248,000 bases of DNA from NCBI RefSeq assembly GCF_000737315.1, contig NZ_JMCB01000006.1, positions 20,001 to 268,000 on the forward strand. The letters are read 5' to 3'. The first letter of the stretch is position 1. Every line of letters starts with the position of its first letter. This document shows positions 193,547-204,143 of the stretch, piece after piece. A model generated the notes under the pieces. The model saw nothing but the letters and a program-made list of their open reading frames with translations, did not search any database and was not told the origin of the DNA. A program made the position numbers and the translations under genes. The DNA is from Hyalangium minutum (GTDB taxonomy: Bacteria > Myxococcota > Myxococcia > Myxococcales > Myxococcaceae).

Positions 193547-194236
193547 ATGCTTCGCTCCCTGCTGCTCGTCTTCATCCACCTCTCGCTGGTGTCTTGTACC
193601 GCCAGCGCTCCGAAAGCTTCTCCGTCCTGGTGGCAGAGCCTCGACGACACCGAGGCACCCGTCGAAGACACCGAGGTGTCCTGCCGGGGCATCCGGGCGA
193701 GCGATGAACTCGATCGGCTCGCGAACTGCTGGCCCCAAGGCTCGCCTCGGCTCACGCCCATGGATGTGGCGGGGCTCGACGAGATGCGCGTCGAGCTCCG
193801 CGAGTGCCTGCTCGCGGACCTGCCAGCACCGGGAATGACAGGAGAGAACCAGGCCCGGTGCCAGCAGGGCCTGGCCGAGGTGCTCGATCAACGGCTCTAC
193901 CGGCTGGGATGGCTCCGGGCGGAGGTGGCTCCTCCGGGGAACGCGGAGGCGGGAGAGGCCCAAGCCCGGCCGCAGCTCACCGTGAAGCTCGGGCAGCGCT
194001 ACCGGATTGGCCAGCTCTTCGTGGCCACGGGCCCGAGTCAGCGCGTGAACTCCAAGAAGATCATCAAGCAAGCGCAGAAGGCGATCCCCAAGCCTCGCTG
194101 GTGCACCGAGACAGCGCTGGAGGAGATCCACGCCCGGGTGTTCGACACGTCGAAGTTCCAGGAGGTCCGGATCAATCGCGGCGAGCCCGATGAGCGGGCA
194201 GGGCGAGTGCCCATCGTCATCGTCATTCAGGAGTAG
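193547..194236 (+). CDS. Lipoprotein with POTRA-like domain
   Basis: Lipobox LVSC; G.RYRIG...F.EV...P.V.V.E. Confidence 0.55.
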   Translation: MLRSLLLVFIHLSLVSCTASAPKASPSWWQSLDDTEAPVEDTEVSCRGIRASDELDRLANCWPQGSPRLTPMDVAGLDEMRVELRECLLADLPAPGMTGENQARCQQGLAEVLDQRLYRLGWLRAEVAPPGNAEAGEAQARPQLTVKLGQRYRIGQLFVATGPSQRVNSKKIIKQAQKAIPKPRWCTETALEEIHARVFDTSKFQEVRINRGEPDERAGRVPIVIVIQE

Positions 194237-194272
194237 GGGCAGGCCAGAGCGGAAGCTAGGCTCTGGCCCTCC

Positions 194273-195928
194273 ATGGCCTTCCACTTCGACCGGAACTGCC
194301 GGCTGCTGGGCCCGTTCATCGGCCACACCACCGAGACGGAGGCCCGCATCTGGCTGCACGTGGCGGACCTGAAGCCCGGCGAGCGCCGCACGCTCCATGT
194401 CACCCTCCATCCGGACCGGCCGAACGCTCGCGCCGTGCAGCGGCTGACGCTCACCGTCTCCGAGGAGGACTGTGGCGTGGGCGTGGTCAACATCTCGGGG
194501 CTGGAGCCAGACACGCTCTACGTGTACCGGCTGACGTGGGACGAGGCAGGGCTGGCACCGATTGACCCCGGGGGCCTGGCGCCCGAGGAGCTGTGCTTCC
194601 GGACGCTGCCCCGGGCTGGCTTCAACCAGCAGCTCGATTTCCTGGTGATGAGCTGCCACAACCCGGAGACGGCGGTGCGCGATGGGGCGAACGGCTTCGC
194701 GGTATGGGAGCAGATGCCGGAGATCATCGCGCACAACAAGAACGTGCGCTTCGCGCTGCTGATGGGCGATCAGATCTACGCGGACGACATCGAGCGGAAA
194801 GCGCTGCGAGAGGAAGACCCGCTCAAGCGCGTGAAGCTGTACCTGGGCATCTACCGCAAGTACTGGAGCGACTTGCGCTACCGACGGGTGCTGTGTCGGC
194901 TGCCCGCCTATCTGATGTGGGACGACCACGACATCACGGATGGGTGGGGCTCGCGGGAGGACTCCTTCGAGGAGGCGCAGTCGGATGAGTTCAAGCCCTC
195001 GTGGAAGGGGATGTTCCAGTCGGCGCGGACGGCGTTCCAGCACATGCAGGCCTCGCGCAACCCGCCGCCGCTGTCGCCGGGGTACCAGGAGGGCTTCGAC
195101 ACATGCTTCCGGGTGGGGCGTGCGGGCTTCGTGCTGCCGGACCTGCGCAGCCACCGCAACGTGCGGCAGGGTCGCATCTGGACAGAGGCGCAGCAGGCCG
195201 CGGTGGAGCGGTGGGTGGCGTCGGAGCGGGAGAACCTGGACGTACTGTTCTTCTGCAGCAGCGTCGTGTTCTCGCACGGGCACCACGGGCTGGAGGCGCT
195301 GATGCGGAGCGGCTGGCCGTACGTGCTGCAGGCGGTGTCGTGGATGGGCTCCATCCGCTACGCGGGCCTGCGCAGCATGGCGAGCAGCTTCCACAAGAAC
195401 ATCGGAGACCTGCGGGATGATCTGAACGACAGCTGGGGTGCCGAGCCGAACCGGCGAGCCGCGGATCGGATGCTGGACTTCCTGTTCGGCCTGCAGAACC
195501 CGCCGAAGGGGCAGCGGCCGCTGAGCGTGGTGGTGCTGGCGGGGGACATCCACACGCCAGGGTACTCGACGCTGTACTCGTCGGATCCAGCGCACCGGGA
195601 ACGGCCGTCCATTCCGCACGTGGTGGCGTCTCCGGTGTCCTATCAGCCGTTCAGCTGGATGGCGGAGGCGGTGTACCGGCGGCTGACGCGCGTGGTGACG
195701 CTGGGGGAGCGAGGCGTGTACAGCGCGCAGGTGAGTCACCACTTCTCGCAGCGCAATGTGGTGGTGACGTCGCTGCGCAACGTGGCGGCGGACGAGTGGC
195801 ACCTCAAGGTGAAGTTCTACCTGGAGGGCTACCCGGAACCGCGCATCCTGCTGTTCGACTTGCACCGCACCTCGGGCCGCGAGGACATTCCCTGGCCCCA
195901 GGCGCGCGAGCCAAGCTTGCTGGGGTGA
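194273..195928 (+). CDS. PhoD-like alkaline phosphatase D family protein
   Basis: MSC, GDQIYAD, WDDHDI, GDIH. Confidence 0.82.
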   Translation: MAFHFDRNCRLLGPFIGHTTETEARIWLHVADLKPGERRTLHVTLHPDRPNARAVQRLTLTVSEEDCGVGVVNISGLEPDTLYVYRLTWDEAGLAPIDPGGLAPEELCFRTLPRAGFNQQLDFLVMSCHNPETAVRDGANGFAVWEQMPEIIAHNKNVRFALLMGDQIYADDIERKALREEDPLKRVKLYLGIYRKYWSDLRYRRVLCRLPAYLMWDDHDITDGWGSREDSFEEAQSDEFKPSWKGMFQSARTAFQHMQASRNPPPLSPGYQEGFDTCFRVGRAGFVLPDLRSHRNVRQGRIWTEAQQAAVERWVASERENLDVLFFCSSVVFSHGHHGLEALMRSGWPYVLQAVSWMGSIRYAGLRSMASSFHKNIGDLRDDLNDSWGAEPNRRAADRMLDFLFGLQNPPKGQRPLSVVVLAGDIHTPGYSTLYSSDPAHRERPSIPHVVASPVSYQPFSWMAEAVYRRLTRVVTLGERGVYSAQVSHHFSQRNVVVTSLRNVAADEWHLKVKFYLEGYPEPRILLFDLHRTSGREDIPWPQAREPSLLG

Positions 195929-195936
195929 CAAACGCC

Positions 195937-196473
195937 ATGCCCCAGCAGTTGAATCAAGAGGAGCGCCTCATGCGCTGGGCCCGAGAGCGGGAGAGCCTCT
196001 TTCTCGCGCTCCAGCGTGCCTCCATTCCAGAGAAGCTCGTCGCGTATAAGCAGCTCGAGAAGCGCATCCTCAAGGAGACGCGAACGGCCCAGGAGCGGCA
196101 GGTGATCCAAAGGAGAATCTCCATGGATCTGCTTGTGGCTACCAGTGATGGTTCGTGGAGGGGATTTTCCCCTTACCTGAGGCGAGCGGAGCGGCTCGGC
196201 TACGCCTCCATGTTTGATCGGTTGCTGGCTTGCGTCCTGGCAGCCCAGGCGTCCAAGCAATCTCCTGTAGGCAGGACCAAGGCGACCGCGCTCATCACCG
196301 ACATCGAGCGGCGAACGCGTGGCCGGAAGCTTCATCCGGGAGTCCGTGAGGAGATTGATGGCGCACTGTCACGCGCCCGCCGGATCTTGGGTATCAACAC
196401 GATCAAGGCTGGCGCGCACAGCTCAGCCTCTCCAACGAGCTTGAGTGCTCGCAAGCGCCGCCCGAGCAAATAA
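195937..196473 (+). CDS. Basic helical hypothetical protein
   Basis: Atypical codon usage; 9 bp after the phoD-like stop. Confidence 0.5.
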   Translation: MPQQLNQEERLMRWARERESLFLALQRASIPEKLVAYKQLEKRILKETRTAQERQVIQRRISMDLLVATSDGSWRGFSPYLRRAERLGYASMFDRLLACVLAAQASKQSPVGRTKATALITDIERRTRGRKLHPGVREEIDGALSRARRILGINTIKAGAHSSASPTSLSARKRRPSK

Positions 196474-196531
196474 CCGGTGCACCCGCGCCTAGCCTGCGGC
196501 GGCCATATGGAGGCGCTATGCTCCGCGCGCC

Positions 196532-197722
196532 ATGCCCTCTCCCTTCGCCGAGCACTTCCCCGCCCTGCGCTCGGGCTTCAGCTTCCTCGACAACGCCGCA
196601 GGCGCCCAGGTGCCCTCGCACACCATCGAGGCCATCACCCAGTTCCTCTCCCAGGGGAGCTGCAACGTGGGCCAGCCGTACCCAGCCTCCCGCGTTGCCA
196701 CGGAGATCAAAGCCCAGGCACGCGCTGCCACTGCGGACTTCCTCCACTGCAAGCCCGAGGAGGTCATGCTCGGCACCAGCGCCACCGCGCTCACCTTCCA
196801 GCTCGCCCGCGCCTTCTCGCGCATCTTCCAGCCGGGCGATGAGATTGTCGTCTCCGAGCTCGAGCACGAGTCCAACGCCAGCCCGTGGCGCTCGCTCGAG
196901 GCGCAAGGTGTCCACATCAAGGTGTGGAAGGCCCGCTGGCCCGCGGGGCAGCTGGAGCCCTCCCAGCTCCGCTCGCTGCTCACGCCACGCACGCGGCTCA
197001 TTGCCGTGACGGCCGCTTCCAACTCGGTGGGAAGCACTCCGGAGCTCGCCGCTGTCTCGGAGCTGGCTCGAACCGTGGGCGCCTGGGTCATCGTGGATGC
197101 CGTGCACTCCAGCCCTCACCACCTGCCAGACGTGCAGCGCTGGGGCGCGGACTTCGCCGTGTTCTCGCCCTATAAGGTCTTCGGCCCCCACCTCGGGTGC
197201 ATGTACGTGCGCCAGGAGCTGCTGCCCAGGCTGCCAGCGGATCGGCTGTGGTTCATCCCGGAGGACAGCCCTCAGAAGTTCGAGCCCGGCACCGCCAACC
197301 ACGAGGGCCTCGCAGGCTGGCTCGGCACGTTGCGCTACGTGAGAGAAGTGCTCGGGGACGGAAGTACCGGACGCCAGGGCCTGGAACAAGCCTGGCGCCG
197401 CATCGAATCCCTCGAGCGCCCCCTGCTCGAGAACGCCCTGGAGCGCCTGCTGCGTCATCCCCGCGTGACGCTCTATGGTCCCCCCGAACCCCAGGGCCGC
197501 GTGGCCACCTTCTGCTTCAACGTGCCGGGCCTCTCTCCCCGGGCCGTAGCCGAGCACCTCGCCCAGAACGGCGTGGCCGTGGCGGCGGGCCACTACTACG
197601 CCACCCTGGCCGCGCAGGCGCTCGGCATCATGCCCGAGGGAGCAGTGCGGGCCTCTCTGCTCCACTACAACACCCTCGAGGACATCGACCGTCTCCTCGC
197701 AGCCCTGGATACTCTCCCGTAG
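196532..197722 (+). CDS. Cysteine desulfurase-like protein
   Basis: LDNAAG, EHESN, DAVH, SPYK, EPGT. Confidence 0.88.
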   Translation: MPSPFAEHFPALRSGFSFLDNAAGAQVPSHTIEAITQFLSQGSCNVGQPYPASRVATEIKAQARAATADFLHCKPEEVMLGTSATALTFQLARAFSRIFQPGDEIVVSELEHESNASPWRSLEAQGVHIKVWKARWPAGQLEPSQLRSLLTPRTRLIAVTAASNSVGSTPELAAVSELARTVGAWVIVDAVHSSPHHLPDVQRWGADFAVFSPYKVFGPHLGCMYVRQELLPRLPADRLWFIPEDSPQKFEPGTANHEGLAGWLGTLRYVREVLGDGSTGRQGLEQAWRRIESLERPLLENALERLLRHPRVTLYGPPEPQGRVATFCFNVPGLSPRAVAEHLAQNGVAVAAGHYYATLAAQALGIMPEGAVRASLLHYNTLEDIDRLLAALDTLP

Positions 197723-197800
197723 ACACCTGCTTCCAGAAACGAGGCAGGCACTTGGACTCCTGTTTGGGCAGCATGAACTCTCTGCCCCCAAGAGCCGGTT

Positions 197801-199507
197801 GTGGGTGGCATGCGTTTCTTCTCCGCCTCCCTGCTCTCTGTGCTCGTCGCGGGCACTGTCTCCGCCGCGCCCGCGGTCTGGACTGAAGGCCCGCTCCTCA
197901 AAGTGGGTCCCTCGACACCGGCCCAGAACCTCGCGCCCGCTCGCCTCTTGGCGGCTCGCAACGAGTTCGAGTCCTTCCAGATCGTCATCCGCGGGGAGGC
198001 CCCCGTCTCCGGCGTTCGCGCGAAGGTCGGCGAACTGACTGGCCCCCATGGCGCGAAGATCCCTCAGTCGAATGTGCGCCTCTACCGCGAGGCGCTCATC
198101 AACGTCACCACGCCATCGGGCGCGATCGGCGCCAAGGGGCGCTTTCCGGATGGCCTCATCCCAGATGTGGACGAGGTGGACGGCCAGATGCGCTCCGCTT
198201 TCCCCTTCGATATTCCCGCGGGTGAGGCGCACGCCCTCTGGGTGGATGTCCTCGTGCCCCTGGATGCACCGGCCGGCCTCTACACCGGCACCCTCCAGGT
198301 CTCCGCGGACGGGCTCGACACCCAGGTCCCCGTGGAGCTCGAGGTCCTCGGCTTCACCCTGCCCTCCACCCCAACGCTCTCGACGGCCTTCCGCGCCTGG
198401 CCCGCGTTCGTCTGCCTCGCTCACACGGGCACGGCCGACTGCGGGAGCCCCGAGACGGCCATCGAGCTGCTCTCGAAGTACGCGCGGCTTGCGCTCGATC
198501 ACCGCATCTCGCTCTCGAACCTCTTCGTCCTGCGCCGCGATCCCCAAGACACCGGAGTGGTGCTCGGCAAGAACGGCGAGGACTGGTCGGGCTTCGATAC
198601 GGCTTTCAGCCCGCTCCTGAACGGCACCGCGGCGACACAGCTCACCGGCGCGAAGCTCACCGCTGTCGAGTATGGCTGGGAACTCTCCCCCGAGGCGCTC
198701 GCGTCCTATGGCCAGCACGCCCGTGACAAGGGCTTTTTGGACCGCGTCTTCGACTACACCGCCGACGAGCCTCCTTATGGAAGCAAGTGGGAGGACATCG
198801 CGCCCCGGTCCGCCATCGTCCACGCCGCCGTCCCGGACATGCGCACGCTCGTCACCACGAACGTCAACGCCGCCACCGACAACAAGCTCGCGGACAGCCT
198901 CGACATCCTCGTGCCCGTCGTGAACCACATGGATGCACCCTTCGCCCCGTTCGCCGGCAATCAGCGGCCTCGCTACGAGGACTTCACCCGCCGGGGCGGA
199001 GAGCTCTGGCTGTACCAGAGCTGCATGAGCCACGGCTGCTCGTTCGGCGGCGCGGAGGAGGGCGCGTCCTGGCCGAGCTACATGGTCGATGTCTCCGCGC
199101 CTCGCAACCGCGCCATGCAGTGGGTCGACTTCGCGTACGGCGCGACGGGCGAGCTCTATTACGAGACCGTGCTCGCCTATGACCGTGACCCGTGGGCGGA
199201 CCAGTTCACCTTCAGCGGCAACGGCGATGGCACGCTGCTCTACCCCGGCAAGCCTTCGAAGATCGGCGGCAGCTCCGAGGTCCCCGTGCCCTCGCTGCGG
199301 CTCAAGCACATCCGCGACGGCATCGAGGACTACGAGTACCTGACCCTGCTGGCGAAGCTGGGGGACCGGGCGCTCGCGGAGAAGCTCGCGCGAGAGGTCG
199401 TCCCCACGGCCCACCGCATCAGCGAGAACCCGAACGTCATCCTCGAGGCGCGCCGCACCGCAGGCCGCCGGATCGCGGAGCTCAGCGCCCAGGCCGCTCC
199501 GGGCTGA
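197801..199507 (+). CDS. DUF4091/GH123-like secreted protein
   Basis: ARNEFESFQ, DEP, GDG.L.YPG, SLRLKHIRDGIEDYEY. Confidence 0.8.
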   Translation: MGGMRFFSASLLSVLVAGTVSAAPAVWTEGPLLKVGPSTPAQNLAPARLLAARNEFESFQIVIRGEAPVSGVRAKVGELTGPHGAKIPQSNVRLYREALINVTTPSGAIGAKGRFPDGLIPDVDEVDGQMRSAFPFDIPAGEAHALWVDVLVPLDAPAGLYTGTLQVSADGLDTQVPVELEVLGFTLPSTPTLSTAFRAWPAFVCLAHTGTADCGSPETAIELLSKYARLALDHRISLSNLFVLRRDPQDTGVVLGKNGEDWSGFDTAFSPLLNGTAATQLTGAKLTAVEYGWELSPEALASYGQHARDKGFLDRVFDYTADEPPYGSKWEDIAPRSAIVHAAVPDMRTLVTTNVNAATDNKLADSLDILVPVVNHMDAPFAPFAGNQRPRYEDFTRRGGELWLYQSCMSHGCSFGGAEEGASWPSYMVDVSAPRNRAMQWVDFAYGATGELYYETVLAYDRDPWADQFTFSGNGDGTLLYPGKPSKIGGSSEVPVPSLRLKHIRDGIEDYEYLTLLAKLGDRALAEKLAREVVPTAHRISENPNVILEARRTAGRRIAELSAQAAPG

Positions 199508-199632
199508 GGCCCGGACCTCATCTCGGCGGACTCAGCAGGGCATGGACGTGAATGTCTTCACCCGCGGTGCGAATCGGCACCTCTGGCAGAACGGATCCTT
199601 GTGTATCCTCGGGTCCTCTTCCGGAGCCTCCG

Positions 199633-202600
199633 ATGCCCACCACCCTTCGTCACTCCTTCTGTACCCTGACGTATGACTCCACCCACCGGCGCGAGGGCTT
199701 CGCGGACTGGGTGGTAGGCAATGCGTTCGCCTTCCACGCGGGCCAGGGTCCGGGGCCGCAGGTGCTCTTTCTCGGGAGCCCGGGCACGCTCGGCCAGGCG
199801 AGCAACCCGGTGAAGATCCAGCCGGAGGGGCTCGGCTTTCCTCCGCTCGTCGCGGTGATCACCGACAAGATGCTGTACCGCGAGGGCGACGACACCGTGC
199901 GCATCGTGGTGTACGCGCCCCGAGCCAGCGGCGCGGTGCAGCTCCGGCTCCTGCTCAACGGCTCGGAGCTGGCGAAGGTCCAGGTGGACGTGGACGAGAA
200001 CGGCCTGGGCCTGTTCGAGCTGAGGGATCCTGTCGCGGGCTCCTACTCCGTGGAGCAGGAAGCGGCGAAGGCCTCGTTCACCGTCGCGGCCTACAAGCTG
200101 GCGCCCCTCACCGGGCGGCTGGATCAGGTGCGCATCGAGGGCGGCAAGGGCGCGGAGACGCTGCACTTCACCGCGGTGCTGGAGACCTATGGAGCACCGC
200201 TCACGGGCTCGGTGAAGGTGACCCTCGTCGACATGGGCAGCCACCCGCCGGTTCATCGGACGTCTCTCACGCTGGAGGCCGATTCCGCCGGACGGCTCGA
200301 GGGCTCGGTCGCGCTCTCGGGTGCGGGCCCTTTCGCGCTGCAGGTGCAGGCCACGCGGGATGCGATGAAGACGGCCACCCTGCCCCTCCCCGGCTCGCGC
200401 CAGGAGGAGCGCGAGGAGGTGGTGCTCTCCGCGTGGGGCACTCGCACCGTGGCGCGCTTGGTGCCCTTCGAGGGCGCGCATGAGCGGCGAGGGCTGTGGA
200501 TCGGCTCCGGCGGCGAGAGCAAGGGCGCGCCCCTTCAGCTCGTGGAGGAGAACGGCAAGGCGCGGGTGCGCTTCCGGGCGGACATCGATGCGTGGCGCAT
200601 CGTCGTGATGGATGTGCACCGGGGCTCGGTCCAGGAGCTGTCCGGCGGGGCCACCGAGGCGGGCACTTCGCTGGATCTCCCCCTGGCCGGAACGTGGACG
200701 CTGGTGCTCGCAGGGCTCGCCTATCTGGGCCAGCGCTGGGAGGGCCGGGCCGCGCTCGTGGTCCCCGGCAAGCAGGTCCAGGTGCAGGCCCCGAAGACCG
200801 CGGGCCCGGGTGAAGAGGTGGACATCACCCTCCGAGGCACTCCGGGCGCCAGCGCCTTCGTGCTCGTCAAGGATCTGCGGCTGCAGGTGGCGGACACGCC
200901 TCAGTCCGCGACCGCCGCCTCCCTGCGCCGGCAGCTCGAGCATGCGCTCAAGGGCGTCAGCGATGGTCCAGTTCAGCGGACCCTCGATGCGCTGATCCCG
201001 CATCCTCCCCCACCGATGCCTCCCATGATGCCGGCCATGCCGATGATGGCCGTGCCCGCCCCCGCCCCCGGAGGTGCAGTGGTCCGGCGAGCTGGCGGCA
201101 TGCCACCCTCTCGGGCGCTGAGGGAAGAGAGGGCCACCGGCTCTCACCAAGCCCTCAGCAAGCAGGGAGGAGCCCCCGCGGCGGAAGCCGCCGCACCGGA
201201 CGAGAAGCCCGCGGAGGGACCCTCTCGGAGCTCATTCCCGGACGTGATGCTGGCGCGCGTCGTGCGGCTGGATGCGGAGGGCAAGGCAATCGTCCCGGTG
201301 AAGCTCGGCGACGGCATGGGCTCGCTGGCCGTGGAGGTCTTCTCGGTGACGCGCGAGGACTGGGCGGTGGCCCGCGCGGAGTTGCTGGTGACGAAGCCTG
201401 TCTTCGGAGAGCTGGTGCTGCCACGCTTCGTAGCGGCCGGAGACCACGCCGAGGGCGTGCTGCACGTCCGCGTGGCCTCAGGCGAGGCCACCGTCACCCT
201501 CCGGCGCGAGGGCAAGCCCGTGCGCCTGTTCTGCACCAATGAGAGCGGCGAGCAGCTGACCCTCACGGCACCAGGACAGGTGGTGCGCTTCGCCGCTCAG
201601 GCCGGCCGCTACCAGGCCGAGGTCCGCGGCGAGTCGCTCGTGGATCGCGCCGAGGGCAAGGTGGAGGAGCCCGGCAAGCTGGTCTGGCTGCAGCAGGCGC
201701 TGCGGATGCTGTCACCCGGCGAGCGCGTGGACCTGGAGCAGGAGCCGGGAGGCCTGGCGCTCAAGGTGCTGCCCTCGATCGACAAGACCTTCGATCGGAT
201801 GGTGGGCGGCCTTCGCTCTTACGCGCACTGCTGCTGTGAGCAGACGAGCGCCGTGCTGCTGGCGGCCACTGCCGCGTGGCTGACGGCGAAGGATGAGGAC
201901 ACGAAGCGCTCGGCGGCGGCGCACATGCGCGCGTGCATCGCCCGCGAGGAGTCCATGTACCTGCCGGGCAAGGGCTTCAAGGGCTGGCCCGAGTATCCGC
202001 CCGAGGTGTTCACGTACTCGCCCGGCGCCACGCTCAACCTGCTGCAGATGGACATGGTGAAGGCGTTCCCCATGGACAAGGAGCTGGCGAAGTCCGTGGA
202101 CCGCTGCCTGGAGATGGCCCGGGATGCGGCGAAGGCCCACGGGATTGATCCGGCCCCGCCGTCGCCCAAGTCCGCCCGGGAGGCCTACGGCCGCTTCTCG
202201 AAGTTCACCCAGGACCGCGAGAAGATGGCCGCCTTCATCCGCGAGCGCATCGAGCCGTGGGAGAAGCAGCTCAAGGCCATCCTCAAGTTCGAGTTGCCGG
202301 CCCTGCGCACGGAGAGCTACCACCACACCCCGGCGATGATCCGGGCGGAGACGGCCTTCGGGGCGGCGGCGCTGATCGAGGCCGGCGGAGAGCACCTGCC
202401 TCACGGACTCGCCCTGGCCAACACCGTTCTGGGGGCAGTCCAGGAGAACGGCAGCCTCTACTCCACGCTGGACTCGGTGGCGGCCATCACGCTGCTGGCG
202501 GCGCTGCGCAATGCCCGCATCGCCGTCGGGCCCGAGGGGAAGATCCGCGTGGATGGGCAGGACACGACGCTGGCCCAGGCAGTGACTCGCACGGGGCTCC

Positions 202601-203094
202601 GCCAGGTGGAGGCCGTGGAGGGCAGCGTGCAGGTGCAGGTGGATCGCATCGTCGAGGAGGACTACACGGCGATCAACGAGGGCGTGAAGGCCCACGTCGC
202701 GCTGATGCGCAGCGGCCGCGCGGCGGGCGTGCTGGCGCCGGGAGACTCGGTGGACCTGGTCATCACGCTGGAGAGTGGGTACCAGGCGGGAGACCTCGTG
202801 CACGTGTTCCTGCCGGATGCACTCTCGTGGGTGCATGGAGGCGGACAGGTGAAGCGCTTCTCACTGGACCTCGTGGGCCAGAACGAGATCCGCGTCCCGC
202901 TGGCCGCCACGGGTTTGACGCTGGATGCCAGCGGAGGCCCCGGCCGCCAGCGCTTCGCGGTGGCCGTGCGCAACATGTACGACGAGAAGCGGGGCAAGGG
203001 CTTCGGAGACCTCGAGGTGTCCGTCCACAAGACCGCCGGGCCCGGTGGATTGGCCCAGCGCGTCCTGAAGGGGCTCAAGGACCTGGTCGGCTGA
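199633..203094 (+). CDS. Atypical alpha-2-macroglobulin-like thioester protein without signal peptide
   Basis: TDKMLYREG MG motif; Pro/Met-rich bait-like region; SFPD; YAHCCCEQT. Confidence 0.72.
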   Translation: MPTTLRHSFCTLTYDSTHRREGFADWVVGNAFAFHAGQGPGPQVLFLGSPGTLGQASNPVKIQPEGLGFPPLVAVITDKMLYREGDDTVRIVVYAPRASGAVQLRLLLNGSELAKVQVDVDENGLGLFELRDPVAGSYSVEQEAAKASFTVAAYKLAPLTGRLDQVRIEGGKGAETLHFTAVLETYGAPLTGSVKVTLVDMGSHPPVHRTSLTLEADSAGRLEGSVALSGAGPFALQVQATRDAMKTATLPLPGSRQEEREEVVLSAWGTRTVARLVPFEGAHERRGLWIGSGGESKGAPLQLVEENGKARVRFRADIDAWRIVVMDVHRGSVQELSGGATEAGTSLDLPLAGTWTLVLAGLAYLGQRWEGRAALVVPGKQVQVQAPKTAGPGEEVDITLRGTPGASAFVLVKDLRLQVADTPQSATAASLRRQLEHALKGVSDGPVQRTLDALIPHPPPPMPPMMPAMPMMAVPAPAPGGAVVRRAGGMPPSRALREERATGSHQALSKQGGAPAAEAAAPDEKPAEGPSRSSFPDVMLARVVRLDAEGKAIVPVKLGDGMGSLAVEVFSVTREDWAVARAELLVTKPVFGELVLPRFVAAGDHAEGVLHVRVASGEATVTLRREGKPVRLFCTNESGEQLTLTAPGQVVRFAAQAGRYQAEVRGESLVDRAEGKVEEPGKLVWLQQALRMLSPGERVDLEQEPGGLALKVLPSIDKTFDRMVGGLRSYAHCCCEQTSAVLLAATAAWLTAKDEDTKRSAAAHMRACIAREESMYLPGKGFKGWPEYPPEVFTYSPGATLNLLQMDMVKAFPMDKELAKSVDRCLEMARDAAKAHGIDPAPPSPKSAREAYGRFSKFTQDREKMAAFIRERIEPWEKQLKAILKFELPALRTESYHHTPAMIRAETAFGAAALIEAGGEHLPHGLALANTVLGAVQENGSLYSTLDSVAAITLLAALRNARIAVGPEGKIRVDGQDTTLAQAVTRTGLRQVEAVEGSVQVQVDRIVEEDYTAINEGVKAHVALMRSGRAAGVLAPGDSVDLVITLESGYQAGDLVHVFLPDALSWVHGGGQVKRFSLDLVGQNEIRVPLAATGLTLDASGGPGRQRFAVAVRNMYDEKRGKGFGDLEVSVHKTAGPGGLAQRVLKGLKDLVG

Positions 203095-203111
203095 CCTGAC
203101 ACCAACGCCTC

Positions 203112-204104
203112 GTGGACAACCTCACGCACGGATTGCTGGGCCTCGCGGTAGGCGCGCTGCGCCGGCCTGACGCCGCAGGAGGCCCTCTGTCCGCCACGGA
203201 CAAGGCCGTGCTGCTGGGGTGCGCGCTGGCCGCCGAGCTGCCGGATCTGGACAACCTGCTGCCCTCGGAGAACTCGGTGGTGCACGCGCTCCAGGCGCAC
203301 CGCGGGCTCTCGCACGCGCTGGTGTTCACCCCGGTGGTGGCGTTGGCCGCGACGGCGGTGGCGAAGGCGGTCTTCCGCACAGCGCGCGTGGGGCCGGTGT
203401 TCCTCTTCAGCCTGATCTCGGTCTGCCTGGCGCACCTGTTGGCGGACCTGTGGACAGGCTGGGGCACGCGCGTGCTGCTGCCCTTCTCGGATCGGCGGTG
203501 GACGCTGGACTGGACGATGGTGGTGGATCCGTGGGTGACGCTGCCACTGCTCGTGGGCGCGGTCTGGGCCTGGCGCCGCAGGACCGTGTGGCGGCGAGCA
203601 CTGCTCGTGGGAGCGGCGCTCTCGGTGGCGTACCTGGGGCTGCGCGTCGCACTTCAGAACGTGCTGAGCGGGCGTGTCCGAGAGGCCTTGCCCGCCGCGG
203701 AGCGAGTGCAGGTGTTCCCCGCGTGGCTGTCGCTCACGACCTGGCGCTACGTGGCCCTGCTGCCGGATGAGTACGTGGTTGGCACGGCCTCCCTGGGCAG
203801 AGCGCCCATCGAGGAGCGGAGGTGGCCCCGGCCCGTCCCTGACGCACTGCCGGAGTCCGTGAGGAACATCCCCACCGTGCGCGAGGCGCTCGCCTGGGCG
203901 CGCTTTCCCCTCGTTTCACAGGTTCCCCGCCCTGACGGAGCCTCCGAGATCCGCATCGGCGATCTGCGCTACCACCTGAACGGCGAGCCGACGCTCCAGT
204001 TCATTCTGGAGCTCAATCCGGAGGGAGCCCTGCGCGCCGCCCGCCTGGAGCGAGGCGGGAGCGCGGCGGAGTTGCTGCGGCGGTGGCGAGGCCAAGACCG
204101 CTGA
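203112..204104 (+). CDS. Membrane metal-dependent hydrolase (YdjM/LexA-binding family)
   Basis: MDNLTH, PDLD, HRGLSH, HLLAD. Confidence 0.85.
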   Translation: MDNLTHGLLGLAVGALRRPDAAGGPLSATDKAVLLGCALAAELPDLDNLLPSENSVVHALQAHRGLSHALVFTPVVALAATAVAKAVFRTARVGPVFLFSLISVCLAHLLADLWTGWGTRVLLPFSDRRWTLDWTMVVDPWVTLPLLVGAVWAWRRRTVWRRALLVGAALSVAYLGLRVALQNVLSGRVREALPAAERVQVFPAWLSLTTWRYVALLPDEYVVGTASLGRAPIEERRWPRPVPDALPESVRNIPTVREALAWARFPLVSQVPRPDGASEIRIGDLRYHLNGEPTLQFILELNPEGALRAARLERGGSAAELLRRWRGQDR

Positions 204105-204143
204105 GCGATGCGCTCCGCTCAGACCTGAGGTACCGCTGGCGCC

